A stretch of DNA of 64,000 nt from Tidjanibacter sp. (GTDB lineage Bacteria > Bacteroidota > Bacteroidia > Bacteroidales > Rikenellaceae), in contig JAZPXV010000015.1 in assembly GCA_045543795.1 (NCBI GenBank), positions 22,953 through 86,952 on the forward strand, given 5' to 3'. Below, piece after piece: positions 53,701 through 60,336 of the stretch (position 1 is the stretch's first letter; each line of letters begins with the position of its first letter). The translations under genes and the position numbers were made by a program. The notes under the pieces are model-generated. The model saw nothing but the letters and a program-made list of their open reading frames with translations, did no database searches and had not been told where the DNA came from.

Positions 53701-53960
53701 TGACCTCGCTCACGACCATTTTGGGTATGTTCCCAATGGCGCTGGCGCTGGGTAATGGTGCCGAGCTGTGGCAGCCTATGGGTATTACCATCATTGGTGG
53801 TCTTACCTTCTCGACCGTACTCACTCTGGTTGCTGTGCCCATCCTCTACTATGTATTTATGGGCCGCAGCGAGAAGTATCAGGCACGCAAGCAGGCTCGC
53901 CGCCAGCGCAAGTTGGAGCGCAAGATGGCCCTGCTGAAAGAGAGGGGCGAGGCCGAGTAG
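50796..53960 (+). CDS. Efflux RND transporter permease (AcrB/CzcA superfamily)
   Basis: 1054 aa with the 12-TM, two-large-loop architecture and the conserved VVDDAIVVLENI motif. Confidence 0.92.
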   Translation: MKIYETSVKKPISTALIFIAVIVFGLFSLNNLAIDQLPEMDLPAISVITTYPGANAEDIETNITRRIEDGLNTVSNLKEITSKSSDGVSLVSLEFEWGTNLDEASNDIRDALGRLTDYLPEDAETPILFRFNSSMMPIMSFSITAEESYPALNKILEEQFVNRLSRIDGVGSVGISGAPVREIQVNVDPVKMEAYGLSVEQIGGIIAQENINTSGGTLDIGNNTYNIKADSEFTSSDDLKTILISNLNGQEVYLRDIAEIKDTLEKQTLDERMNGRQGVRVMIQKQSGANTVRIVNEVKKMLPSIEKNLPSDVEIHLLGDSSKNIKDSINSLSETIMFAFLFVILVVLFFLGRWRATLIVCLTIPISLVVAFIYLNLTGGTLNIISLSSLSIAIGMVVDDAIVVLENITTHIERGSKPREAAIYGTNEVWLSVIATTLVVVAVFLPLTMVDGMAGVMFKQLGWIVSLVVTTSTVAAISLTPMLSALLLRLENNKHTYKGLSIVYKPIDKFLAWLDRAYERILRWALAHKKIVFFAPMVILVFGLWLFATKIPTEFMPSSDGDHMSATITLEQNIGVEYTTRIARQIDSIVYANYPEVMLLSTSAGSASTSNVFSAMSTTGSNIINYTFRLTDPQDRERTVFEIADAFRADLATIPEIKRSIVNAGGGMMGGSGSVQIQIFGHDIEKTNQIADDLIAQFSQLEGARDVRMSRDDMRPEYNVEFDRNKMAYYGLNTSTVASAIRNRINGMTASIYREDGEEYYIKVRYAEEHRTSIEDVENILVYNQRGQGVRVKDVGRVVEVYAPPTIERENRQRLVTVTVALGNNVVLGDMVAKVNQILDQYPMPEDVYTDIGGDWEDQQESFADLGVLLILIVLLVYIVMATQFESFVMPFIIMFTILYALPGSAIALWLTSTPLSLMALIAIVMLVGIVVKNGIVMVDFTNLLRERGVGMYDAVLEAGKSRLRPVLMTSLTTILGMFPMALALGNGAELWQPMGITIIGGLTFSTVLTLVAVPILYYVFMGRSEKYQARKQARRQRKLERKMALLKERGEAE

Positions 53961-54013
53961 CAAGCGGTAGGCACACAAAGTTGAACACTAATAGTTTTAG
54001 GAATTTACATATT

Positions 54014-54307
54014 ATGAAAGCACTATTTATATCCTACAATCAGGCTATGACCGAGCGTGTAGAGGCTATGCTCAACGAGGTGGGCATCAGGGGCTTTTCG
54101 CTCTTTCCGCTGACTCACGGCAGGGGCAGCTTCACCGGCGAGCCCCATATGGGCAACCACACTTGGCCTGCAATGAACTCGACCATCATCGCTATGGTCG
54201 AGGACGAGAAGATTGAGCCCGCAATGGCTGCCCTGCGCGAAATAGACAAGGATACCCAGTTGCAAGGTCTGAGGGCCTTCACCTGGACCATCGACAGCCA
54301 GATGTAG
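54014..54307 (+). CDS. PG0541-like transporter-associated small protein (P-II-like fold family)
   Basis: 97 aa from MKALFISYNQAMTERVEAMLNEVGIRGFS...GEPHMGNHTWPAMNS...LRAFTWTI. It lies directly after the RND permease, as is typical of this family. Confidence 0.7.
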   Translation: MKALFISYNQAMTERVEAMLNEVGIRGFSLFPLTHGRGSFTGEPHMGNHTWPAMNSTIIAMVEDEKIEPAMAALREIDKDTQLQGLRAFTWTIDSQM

Positions 54308-54344
54308 AGGACTTTTCGGGGAGTTTGCAACCTCCCCCCTCAAT

Positions 54345-54388
54345 AAAGAACAGCCCACCGAGAGTGCTCGGTGGGCTGTTCTTTTGTT
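54345..54388 (+). terminator. Rho-independent terminator of the efflux operon
   Basis: 18-bp perfect stem AAAGAACAGCCCACCGAG / CTCGGTGGGCTGTTCTTT with loop AGTG, followed by a T-rich tail. Confidence 0.85.
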
Positions 54389-54416
54389 GCTATTTTGCAG
54401 AAAATCATTATATTTG
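54382..54416 (+). promoter_or_regulatory. Promoter candidate (-33 TTTG, -7 TAtaTTTG) upstream of a long leader and a 42-codon ORF
   Basis: TATATTTG at 54409-54416. TTTG motifs end at 54386 and 54398. Confidence 0.5.
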
Positions 54417-54610
54417 TAATGTATGAAACGTGCTAAAAACATATCTACAACCTCTGCTCACACGGCTAACTCGCTGTGGGGGGGGCATTTAGCGCACTCT
54501 GTTTCGACTAATCACAACACTCATTACGACTTGATTTGTTTGGGGTGGCAATCCTTTCGCAAGGGTAGCCGCCTTGGTTTATGTTATATCTAATCCAAAT
54601 TTTTTACACG

Positions 54611-54739
54611 ATGAAAAAAGAAAATTATGTAGCTCCCGAGTTGGAGCAGTTGCAGGTTACGGTTGAGGGAGGTATAGCCACATCTCCTGGCGATGACAAT
54701 ACCGGCTCGTTTGACGGCGAGTGGGTGCCCATTGGATAA
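54611..54739 (+). CDS. Small ORF (42 aa), acidic, no Cys, function unknown; not in the supplied ORF track
   Basis: My translation: MKKENYVAPELEQLQVTVEGGIATSPGDDNTGSFDGEWVPIG. It is followed by a strong terminator and preceded by a ~185-nt leader from the candidate promoter. Confidence 0.4.
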   Translation: MKKENYVAPELEQLQVTVEGGIATSPGDDNTGSFDGEWVPIG

Positions 54740-54765
54740 TCAGTCTTGCAACTCCGCAAAAAGCA

Positions 54766-54800
54766 AAAGCCGCAAGGAACGCTCTGTTCCTTGCGGCTTT
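54766..54800. terminator. Bidirectional terminator between the small ORF and hpf
   Basis: AAAGCCGCAAGGAAC-GCTCT-GTTCCTTGCGGCTTT. Confidence 0.85.
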
Positions 54801-54825
54801 GTGTTGTGTTAAGCAATAAGTTTGA

Positions 54826-55122
54826 CTATTTAGCAAATTTGTCTTTGTGCTTTTCGAGCTGTTTTTTCAGTGCGTCGATAGCCTCATCAACTGCCTCCTC
54901 GAACGATTTGCTCTGGTGCTCTGCAACCAGAGTCTCGGTAGGAACTTCAATCTTGATGGTGGCCACCTTGTTGCCCTGCTCGGGGTCTTTGTCGATTTTG
55001 AGGATAACCTCGGCACCGGTGGTACGATCTACAAAGCGCTCCAACTTTGCCATCTTGTTCTCAATGAATTCGATCAACTTCTTGTCGGCATCGAATTTGA
55101 CGGATTGAATCTTTACGTTCAT
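54826..55122 (-). CDS. hpf: Ribosome hibernation promoting factor / RaiA family
   Basis: 98 aa from MNVKIQSVKFDADKKLIEFIENKMAKLERF...AIDALKKQLEKHK. Confidence 0.88.
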   Translation of the reverse strand: MNVKIQSVKFDADKKLIEFIENKMAKLERFVDRTTGAEVILKIDKDPEQGNKVATIKIEVPTETLVAEHQSKSFEEAVDEAIDALKKQLEKHKDKFAK

Positions 55123-55190
55123 AACTAATCCTCCTATTGTTTTGATTTATGTTGTGCCCTGTCGCCAGGGCGTTTGTAATTCAATTTTTT

Positions 55191-55339
55191 ACAGACCTCT
55201 CCGCCCCTCCGGGGCACCTCTCCTAACTCAGGAGAGGGGTGGTCGTGGTGCTAACCTTTGGCAGTAGCAGGTGGAAAAACCACCACTACTCTCCCCCTGA
55301 GTTAGGGGGAGTGGCTGCAAAGCAGCCGAGGAGGTCTGT
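55191..55339. repeat. Inverted doublet (REPIN-like) of the two-hairpin unit, left of the DUF559 gene
   Basis: ACAGACCTCTCC-GCCCC-TCC-GGGGC-A-CCTCTCC-TAACTCA-GGAGAGG-GGTGGTCGTGG, then a ~35-nt centre, then CTCCCCC-TGAGTTA-GGGGGAG-T-GGCTGC-AAA-GCAGCC-GAGGAGGTCTGT. It ends 2 nt from the DUF559 stop codon. Confidence 0.9.
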
Positions 55340-55341
55340 CC

Positions 55342-55722
55342 TCACTTGGTTCCTCTACGCTCCACTACGGCCTGCTCAATGGTAGCAATAACCATATCAC
55401 TACAATTCCAAACAGCCTCGTTAGGTATACGCAACACTTCTATACCCTCTCGATTGAGAAACCTTGTACGCCTCTCATCTCGCGCCATCTCTTCATCCAT
55501 GTTATGGTGAATACCATCCACCTCAACACACAATCTTACCTCGGGACAATAAAAGTCCAACACATACGGCCCAACAGAGAATTGGCGATACCAGTGTGAA
55601 TTAGCCACCTTTTTCGCTCTCAACATCTTCCACATAGCGTTTTCCTCTGGAGTCGCTTTGCGGCGAAGTTTGCGGCGAAGTTCCAAACCCTCTGGCAAAT
55701 TGTTTGTGCGTTCTACTCCCAT
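55342..55722 (-). CDS. DUF559 endonuclease-domain protein (Vsr-like / PD-(D/E)XK fold)
   Basis: 126 aa. ATPEENAMWKMLRAKK...YRQFSVGPYVLDFYCPEVRLCVEVDGIHH...D..R..FL...G..VLR is the typical DUF559 core. The gene is more AT-rich than its neighbours. Confidence 0.8.
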   Translation of the reverse strand: MGVERTNNLPEGLELRRKLRRKATPEENAMWKMLRAKKVANSHWYRQFSVGPYVLDFYCPEVRLCVEVDGIHHNMDEEMARDERRTRFLNREGIEVLRIPNEAVWNCSDMVIATIEQAVVERRGTK

Positions 55723-55750
55723 TGGGCGCTAGTTCTTATTATCTTATTTT

Positions 55751-55898
55751 ACAGACCTCTCCGCCCCTCTGGGGCACCTCTCCTAACTCAGGAGAGGAGT
55801 GGTCGTGGGTTAAAGGTTGGTTGCGGTTCTCACTCGCCCCACAACTACTCTCCCCCTGAGTTAGGGGGAGTGGCTGCAAAGCAGCTGAGGAGGTCTGT
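55751..55898. repeat. Inverted doublet (REPIN-like) of the two-hairpin unit, right of the DUF559 gene
   Basis: The arms are nearly identical to 55191-55339 (single C/T and G/A differences) while the central ~35 nt differ. The shared flanks TTTTACAGACC and GGTCTGTCCTCACTT are also conserved. Confidence 0.9.
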
Positions 55899-55920
55899 CC
55901 TCACTTAGCTCATACAATCT

Positions 55921-56859
55921 CTACCCCTCTCTGTTGCGGCCGCGGGGGTGGGCGGTGGCATAGACCTCTTTGAGCGAGGCTATGCTGTTGTGGGTATAAA
56001 CCTGCGTCGTGCGCAACGACGAGTGGCCCATAAGCTCCTGTATCTCCCTTATGTCGGCACCATTCTCGAGCAGCAAGGTCGCAAAAGTGTGTCTTAAGAC
56101 GTGGGGGCTCCGTTTGCCCTTAACTCCTGCCTCGGCAAGCCGCTGTTGCACCGCTCGTTCAATCTGGTGGCGACTCATAGGTTCGCCTTTCGATGTTAAA
56201 AATAGCGAAAAATTGTCGTTTGTGCAAATTTTTTGACGGGTAAATTTTAGGTACTCCTCTACCAGAGGGCGTAATCCGCTAACAATGGGCACAATGCGTT
56301 CTTTGTTGCCCTTACCCAGCACACGCACCTCGCCCAGGTCGTGGGCCAGGCTGGCGGTCGTGAGGGCCGTAACCTCGGCCAAGCGGATACCCGTAGCGTA
56401 GAGCAGTAACACCAGCACGGCGTTGCGCCTTACAACATAGTCATCCGAGAGTGCCTCGGCTCGCAGTTCGCCCACCAACTGGGTCATATCGGACTGGTGG
56501 ACATAGGTAGGCAGGTGAGAGGGTACCTTCAGTCGGGGCACACCCTTTGCAGGGTTGACCTCAACCACCCTCTCGACCTCCTTAAGCCAGGTGAAGAAGG
56601 CTCGGACCGACGAGGCCTTGGTATTGACCGATGAGGATTTGCGCTTGGGGCCCATACACCCTGCAACCTCCTTGTCGGAGAGCGACATCACCCACCCCTT
56701 AATGTCGCGCTGGCCCACCTCCGAGGCGGTAAAGTTGTCGACCGAGTAACCGCACCACTCAATGAAGGCTCGACAGTCGCGCAGGTAGTTAGCCACGGTG
56801 CCTGGGGCAAGGCGTCGCTGCGAGGTGAGGTAGATTTCGTATTGGTCGAGCAGGTTCAT
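55921..56859 (-). CDS. xerC: Tyrosine recombinase XerC/XerD family (housekeeping-type context)
   Basis: R..HxxR..Y catalytic set (ATGIRLAEV, HVLRHTFAT, LMGHSSLRTTQVYTH). The start is placed at MNLLDQYEIYL (56859). Confidence 0.8.
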   Translation of the reverse strand: MNLLDQYEIYLTSQRRLAPGTVANYLRDCRAFIEWCGYSVDNFTASEVGQRDIKGWVMSLSDKEVAGCMGPKRKSSSVNTKASSVRAFFTWLKEVERVVEVNPAKGVPRLKVPSHLPTYVHQSDMTQLVGELRAEALSDDYVVRRNAVLVLLLYATGIRLAEVTALTTASLAHDLGEVRVLGKGNKERIVPIVSGLRPLVEEYLKFTRQKICTNDNFSLFLTSKGEPMSRHQIERAVQQRLAEAGVKGKRSPHVLRHTFATLLLENGADIREIQELMGHSSLRTTQVYTHNSIASLKEVYATAHPRGRNREG

Positions 56860-57002
56860 AGTGTCAACATTTGGGGTCAAAGCGGCCACTTCGGGGTGGC
56901 GGTAGTCCAAAGATAGGGTTTTTCTGCCACACCTGCAAAAGAAAAACCAACTCTTTGGGGCTGAAAAATAATATATTATTTTCCATAGTCGTTAAAAATG
57001 TA

Positions 57003-57010
57003 TAAATTTG
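57003..57010 (+). promoter_or_regulatory. -7 promoter element (TAaaTTTG) upstream of bamD
   Basis: TAnnTTTG match 57 nt upstream of the ATG at 57067. Confidence 0.45.
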
Positions 57011-57066
57011 CGCGTTATTTTGCCCTCACTATCGGGCAGCGCTCTTAATGACAGAGTTAGAAATTT

Positions 57067-57942
57067 ATGAACAAGAGAGTAATTTTTAGGTTTGTGGCAC
57101 TGGCTGTGGTGCTTATGATGGTCGGTTGTGGCTCGTACAACAAGCTGCTCAAGCGCAACAATCCCGACGAGATGTTCTATGCTGCCATAGACTACTACAA
57201 CGGTGGCGACTATGAGCGTGCGCTGCAACTCTTCGACGAGATTTCGCCTCGCTATGCCACCACCCTGCGTGCCGACACCATAATGTACTACACGGGTTGC
57301 TGCTTCTACAAGCGCGGCGACTTCACCAGCAGTGCACAGATTTTCGACGAGTACCGCCGTACCTACGGCCGTAGCCCTCTGTTGGAGGATGTTGAGTATA
57401 TGTACGCCATGGGCTACTACTTCTCATCGCCCGAGGCTACGCGCGACCAGACTACCACCATCCAGGCCATCCAGGCCATAAACGAGTATATGGAGCGCTA
57501 CCCCTCGTCGCCCAAGTTGCCCCTGTGCCAGATGCGCATAGAGGAGCTGAAAGGCAAGTTGTACGACAAGTCGTTCTACAACGCTCGTACCTACCACAAG
57601 ACCAGGCGTTACAAGGCTGCCATCATTGCCCTGCGCAACGCTCTGGACCAGTATCCCGAGACTCCCCACCGAGAGGAGATACTCTATCTGACACTCGAGT
57701 CGAGCTACGAGTTGGCCTCCAACTCAATCTCCTCGTTGCAGGTAGACCGCTATCTCGACACGATGGATGCATACTACAACCTCATCTCCGAGTTCCCCGA
57801 CACCAAGCACCGCAGGGCTGCCGAGCGTATTCAGCGCCAGTGCAAAAACTTCCTTGCCAAGCACAATGTCGAGGGCACCGACGAGTCGGCCGATGAGGGC
57901 TACACCACCACACAAGCAGGAAATACAAATACAAACTTATAA
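57067..57942 (+). CDS. bamD: Outer membrane protein assembly factor BamD (TPR lipoprotein)
   Basis: 291 aa with lipobox MMVGCGS and TPR-like helices. The conserved bamD-rpoZ adjacency supports the call. Confidence 0.75.
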   Translation: MNKRVIFRFVALAVVLMMVGCGSYNKLLKRNNPDEMFYAAIDYYNGGDYERALQLFDEISPRYATTLRADTIMYYTGCCFYKRGDFTSSAQIFDEYRRTYGRSPLLEDVEYMYAMGYYFSSPEATRDQTTTIQAIQAINEYMERYPSSPKLPLCQMRIEELKGKLYDKSFYNARTYHKTRRYKAAIIALRNALDQYPETPHREEILYLTLESSYELASNSISSLQVDRYLDTMDAYYNLISEFPDTKHRRAAERIQRQCKNFLAKHNVEGTDESADEGYTTTQAGNTNTNL

Positions 57943-57950
57943 GGTTAGAT

Positions 57951-58262
57951 ATGGAAATCAAAAAGAACGTACCCAACAACACGGTAACTCGCAAATTGAC
58001 CGACATCGACGCCCCCACTGGCAACGTATACGAGTCGGTAACGATTATCGCCAAACGTGCAAACCAGATTGCGACCGAGCTCAAACAGGAGCTCAATCGC
58101 AAGCTGGCCGACTTCTCTACCAATGTTGACTCGCTCGAGGAGACCTTCGAGAACCGCGAGCAGATTGAGATTTCGAAGTACTACGAGCGTATTCCCAAGC
58201 CCGTACTTATCGCAACCGAGGAGTTCCTCGATGGCGAGGTTGTGTTCAAAGAGAACAAATAG
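57951..58262 (+). CDS. rpoZ: DNA-directed RNA polymerase subunit omega (Bacteroidetes long form)
   Basis: 103 aa with the core NVYESVTIIAKRANQI, located after bamD. Confidence 0.7.
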   Translation: MEIKKNVPNNTVTRKLTDIDAPTGNVYESVTIIAKRANQIATELKQELNRKLADFSTNVDSLEETFENREQIEISKYYERIPKPVLIATEEFLDGEVVFKENK

Positions 58263-58455
58263 AGGCTCATACCCATACGCCCCTAACATTCAACCTACAA
58301 ACCATAAGCGGGAGAGAGGCGACCGATTGACGTACCAACAGAGTAAGTCGGAGGCACTCTACCCGCTTTTGTGGCTCAAAAGACCGACAGCAAATGCTGC
58401 CTCACAACCCACCCTCACACTATTTTAAGCTCACAAAAACCCACACCAAACCGCT

Positions 58456-60105
58456 ATGCTACGCCACCTGCTGGTCGAAAACTACGCTCTGATTGAGCGA
58501 CTTGACATAACCCTCAGCCCTGGATTGAACATCATCACGGGCGAGACGGGTGCGGGCAAGAGTATTCTGCTCGGAGCTTTGGGGCTGTTGCTGGGCTCCA
58601 GGGCCGACGTGGCTGCGCTGAAGGAGAACGCCCACAACTGCGTGGTCGAGGGCAGCTTTGCCATTGGCGCCTACGGACTGGAGGAGTTCTTCGAGGAGAA
58701 CGACCTCGAGTGGGCCGACGAGAGCATAATCCGCAGGGTAATAACCCCTGCAGGCAAGTCGAGGGCCTATGTGAACGATATGCCCGTACAGCTGTCGGTG
58801 CTCAAAGAGCTGGGACTCAAGTTGATAGACATCCACTCGCAGCACCACTCGCTCAAGGTTGGTGACCCACAGTTCAGGATGCAGATTGTCGACGCAATGG
58901 CCGACAATGGGGCCCTGGTGGAGGATTACCGTGGGCGTTGGGAGGCTCTGCGCACTGCCCAGTCCGAGCTGGCCGAGGTGAGGCGCACGGTCGAAGCCAA
59001 CTTGAGGGACAAGGAGTATATCGAGTTTCAGTACAACCAACTGGCAGCCCTGAAGCTACGCAGTGGCGAGTTGGAGGAGCTGGAGGCCGAACAGAAGTTG
59101 CTCGACAATGTTGAGCGCATAGCCGAGGCTCTGGGCGAGAGCAGTGCAGCACTCGATGAAGAGGAGAATGGCGTACTGGCCAGAGTAAAGAGGGCCAAGA
59201 GCGCCTTTACCAAGCTGAAGGATGTATATGGCCCTGCAGGCGAGTTGAGCGAAAGGCTCCACAGCGTGATGGTCGAATTGAAGGACATTTCGGCCGAACT
59301 GGGCGACCAGATGGGGCGCGTGGACAACAATCCACAGAGGGCTGCCGAGGTGGTCGACAGGCTCGATGCCATCTACACTCTGTTGCGTAAACACTCGCTC
59401 ACGACGGTAGATGAGCTGATTGCTCTCGAGGCCGACTATGCCACCAAGCTGGCCGTCATTGTCGACTCCGACGAGCGACTGGCCGCACTTGAGAGCCGCG
59501 TGGCTCAATGCACCACCCAGGCCCAGAAGGCCGCCGCCAAGCTGACCGCCTCGCGCCAAAAGGCAGGTGCCAAGTTGGCCAAAGGGGTGGTAGCAATGTT
59601 GGCAAGGCTGGGTATGGAGCACTCGCAGTTTGTGTGCGAGATTGCCCCCACCGAGGGGTTACAGCCTACGGGGGCCGACAGGATTGACTTTCTGTTCTCG
59701 TCGTCGCCCAAGTTTTCGCCCCAGCCGCTTGAGAAGGTGGCCTCGGGTGGCGAGATTTCGCGCGTTATGCTCTGCCTGAAGGCGCTGGTTGCCGACCGAG
59801 CAAATATGCCCACCATCATATTTGACGAGATTGATACGGGCATCTCGGGCCGCATAGCCGATGTTACGGGCCAGATTATTGCCGAACTGTCGGCAGGCCG
59901 CCAGGTGGTGAACATCACCCACCTGCCCCAGGTGGCATCGAAGGGCGACACCCACTTCCGCGTGTGGAAGGATGCCAAAGCAGGGCGCACCAACATAAGT
60001 CTGCTCACCGCCCAGGAGCGCATCGAAGAGGTGGCCAAGATGCTCAGCGGCAACGAGGTTACCGAGGCTGCAATGGCCCAAGCACGCGAGCTGATAGAGG
60101 GATAG
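58456..60105 (+). CDS. recN: DNA repair protein RecN
   Basis: 549 aa with N-terminal Walker A GETGAGKS, a long coiled coil, and the C-terminal SMC signature SGGEISRVMLCLK with Walker B IIFDEID. Confidence 0.93.
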   Translation: MLRHLLVENYALIERLDITLSPGLNIITGETGAGKSILLGALGLLLGSRADVAALKENAHNCVVEGSFAIGAYGLEEFFEENDLEWADESIIRRVITPAGKSRAYVNDMPVQLSVLKELGLKLIDIHSQHHSLKVGDPQFRMQIVDAMADNGALVEDYRGRWEALRTAQSELAEVRRTVEANLRDKEYIEFQYNQLAALKLRSGELEELEAEQKLLDNVERIAEALGESSAALDEEENGVLARVKRAKSAFTKLKDVYGPAGELSERLHSVMVELKDISAELGDQMGRVDNNPQRAAEVVDRLDAIYTLLRKHSLTTVDELIALEADYATKLAVIVDSDERLAALESRVAQCTTQAQKAAAKLTASRQKAGAKLAKGVVAMLARLGMEHSQFVCEIAPTEGLQPTGADRIDFLFSSSPKFSPQPLEKVASGGEISRVMLCLKALVADRANMPTIIFDEIDTGISGRIADVTGQIIAELSAGRQVVNITHLPQVASKGDTHFRVWKDAKAGRTNISLLTAQERIEEVAKMLSGNEVTEAAMAQARELIEG

Positions 60106-60336
60106 AGTGGACAATTACAAAAGAAGGCCTATATATAATATATAGGTATTGGACAATACGGAAAGAGTTATTTGGGTGGTGTATTTTTGCGCCACCCATT
60201 TTGTTTTGAGTCAGTCGGTTAGCGGTAAAAAGTTGCTCTTTGGGGCGTGTAATTTGCACCCCCTACTCGGTTGCACCCCCACAGGGGAGTGAGTAATTTT
60301 GGTGGATAGAAGAAAAAGCAGATAAACCAACAGATT

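Noticed and set aside
54423-54593. 56-codon ORF (MKRAKNISTTSAHTANSLWGGHLAHS...) in the leader upstream of the 42-codon ORF.
   Set aside because: The ATG would sit at or before the predicted transcription start. Its codon usage and composition are unlike neighbouring genes, and it includes a G8 run. It is more likely untranslated leader RNA.
55921-56910. The tyrosine recombinase as an integrase marking an integrated mobile element.
   Set aside because: No att-like direct repeats, cargo genes or tRNA are adjacent. The hpf neighbourhood and the XerC/D-type motifs fit the housekeeping chromosome-dimer resolvase. The nearby repeats are explained by the DUF559/REP-like block.
60274-60305. Possible degenerate REP-like unit (CACCCCCACAGGGGAGTGAGTAATTTTGGTGG) upstream of the hydrolase gene, and a GGGGAG-N8-CTCCCC hairpin at 54318-54340.
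   Set aside because: Only the stem composition and a GTGG tail resemble the family. The conserved TAACTYA loop, hairpin 1 and the CAGACC end are all missing, so the match is too weak to count as copies.
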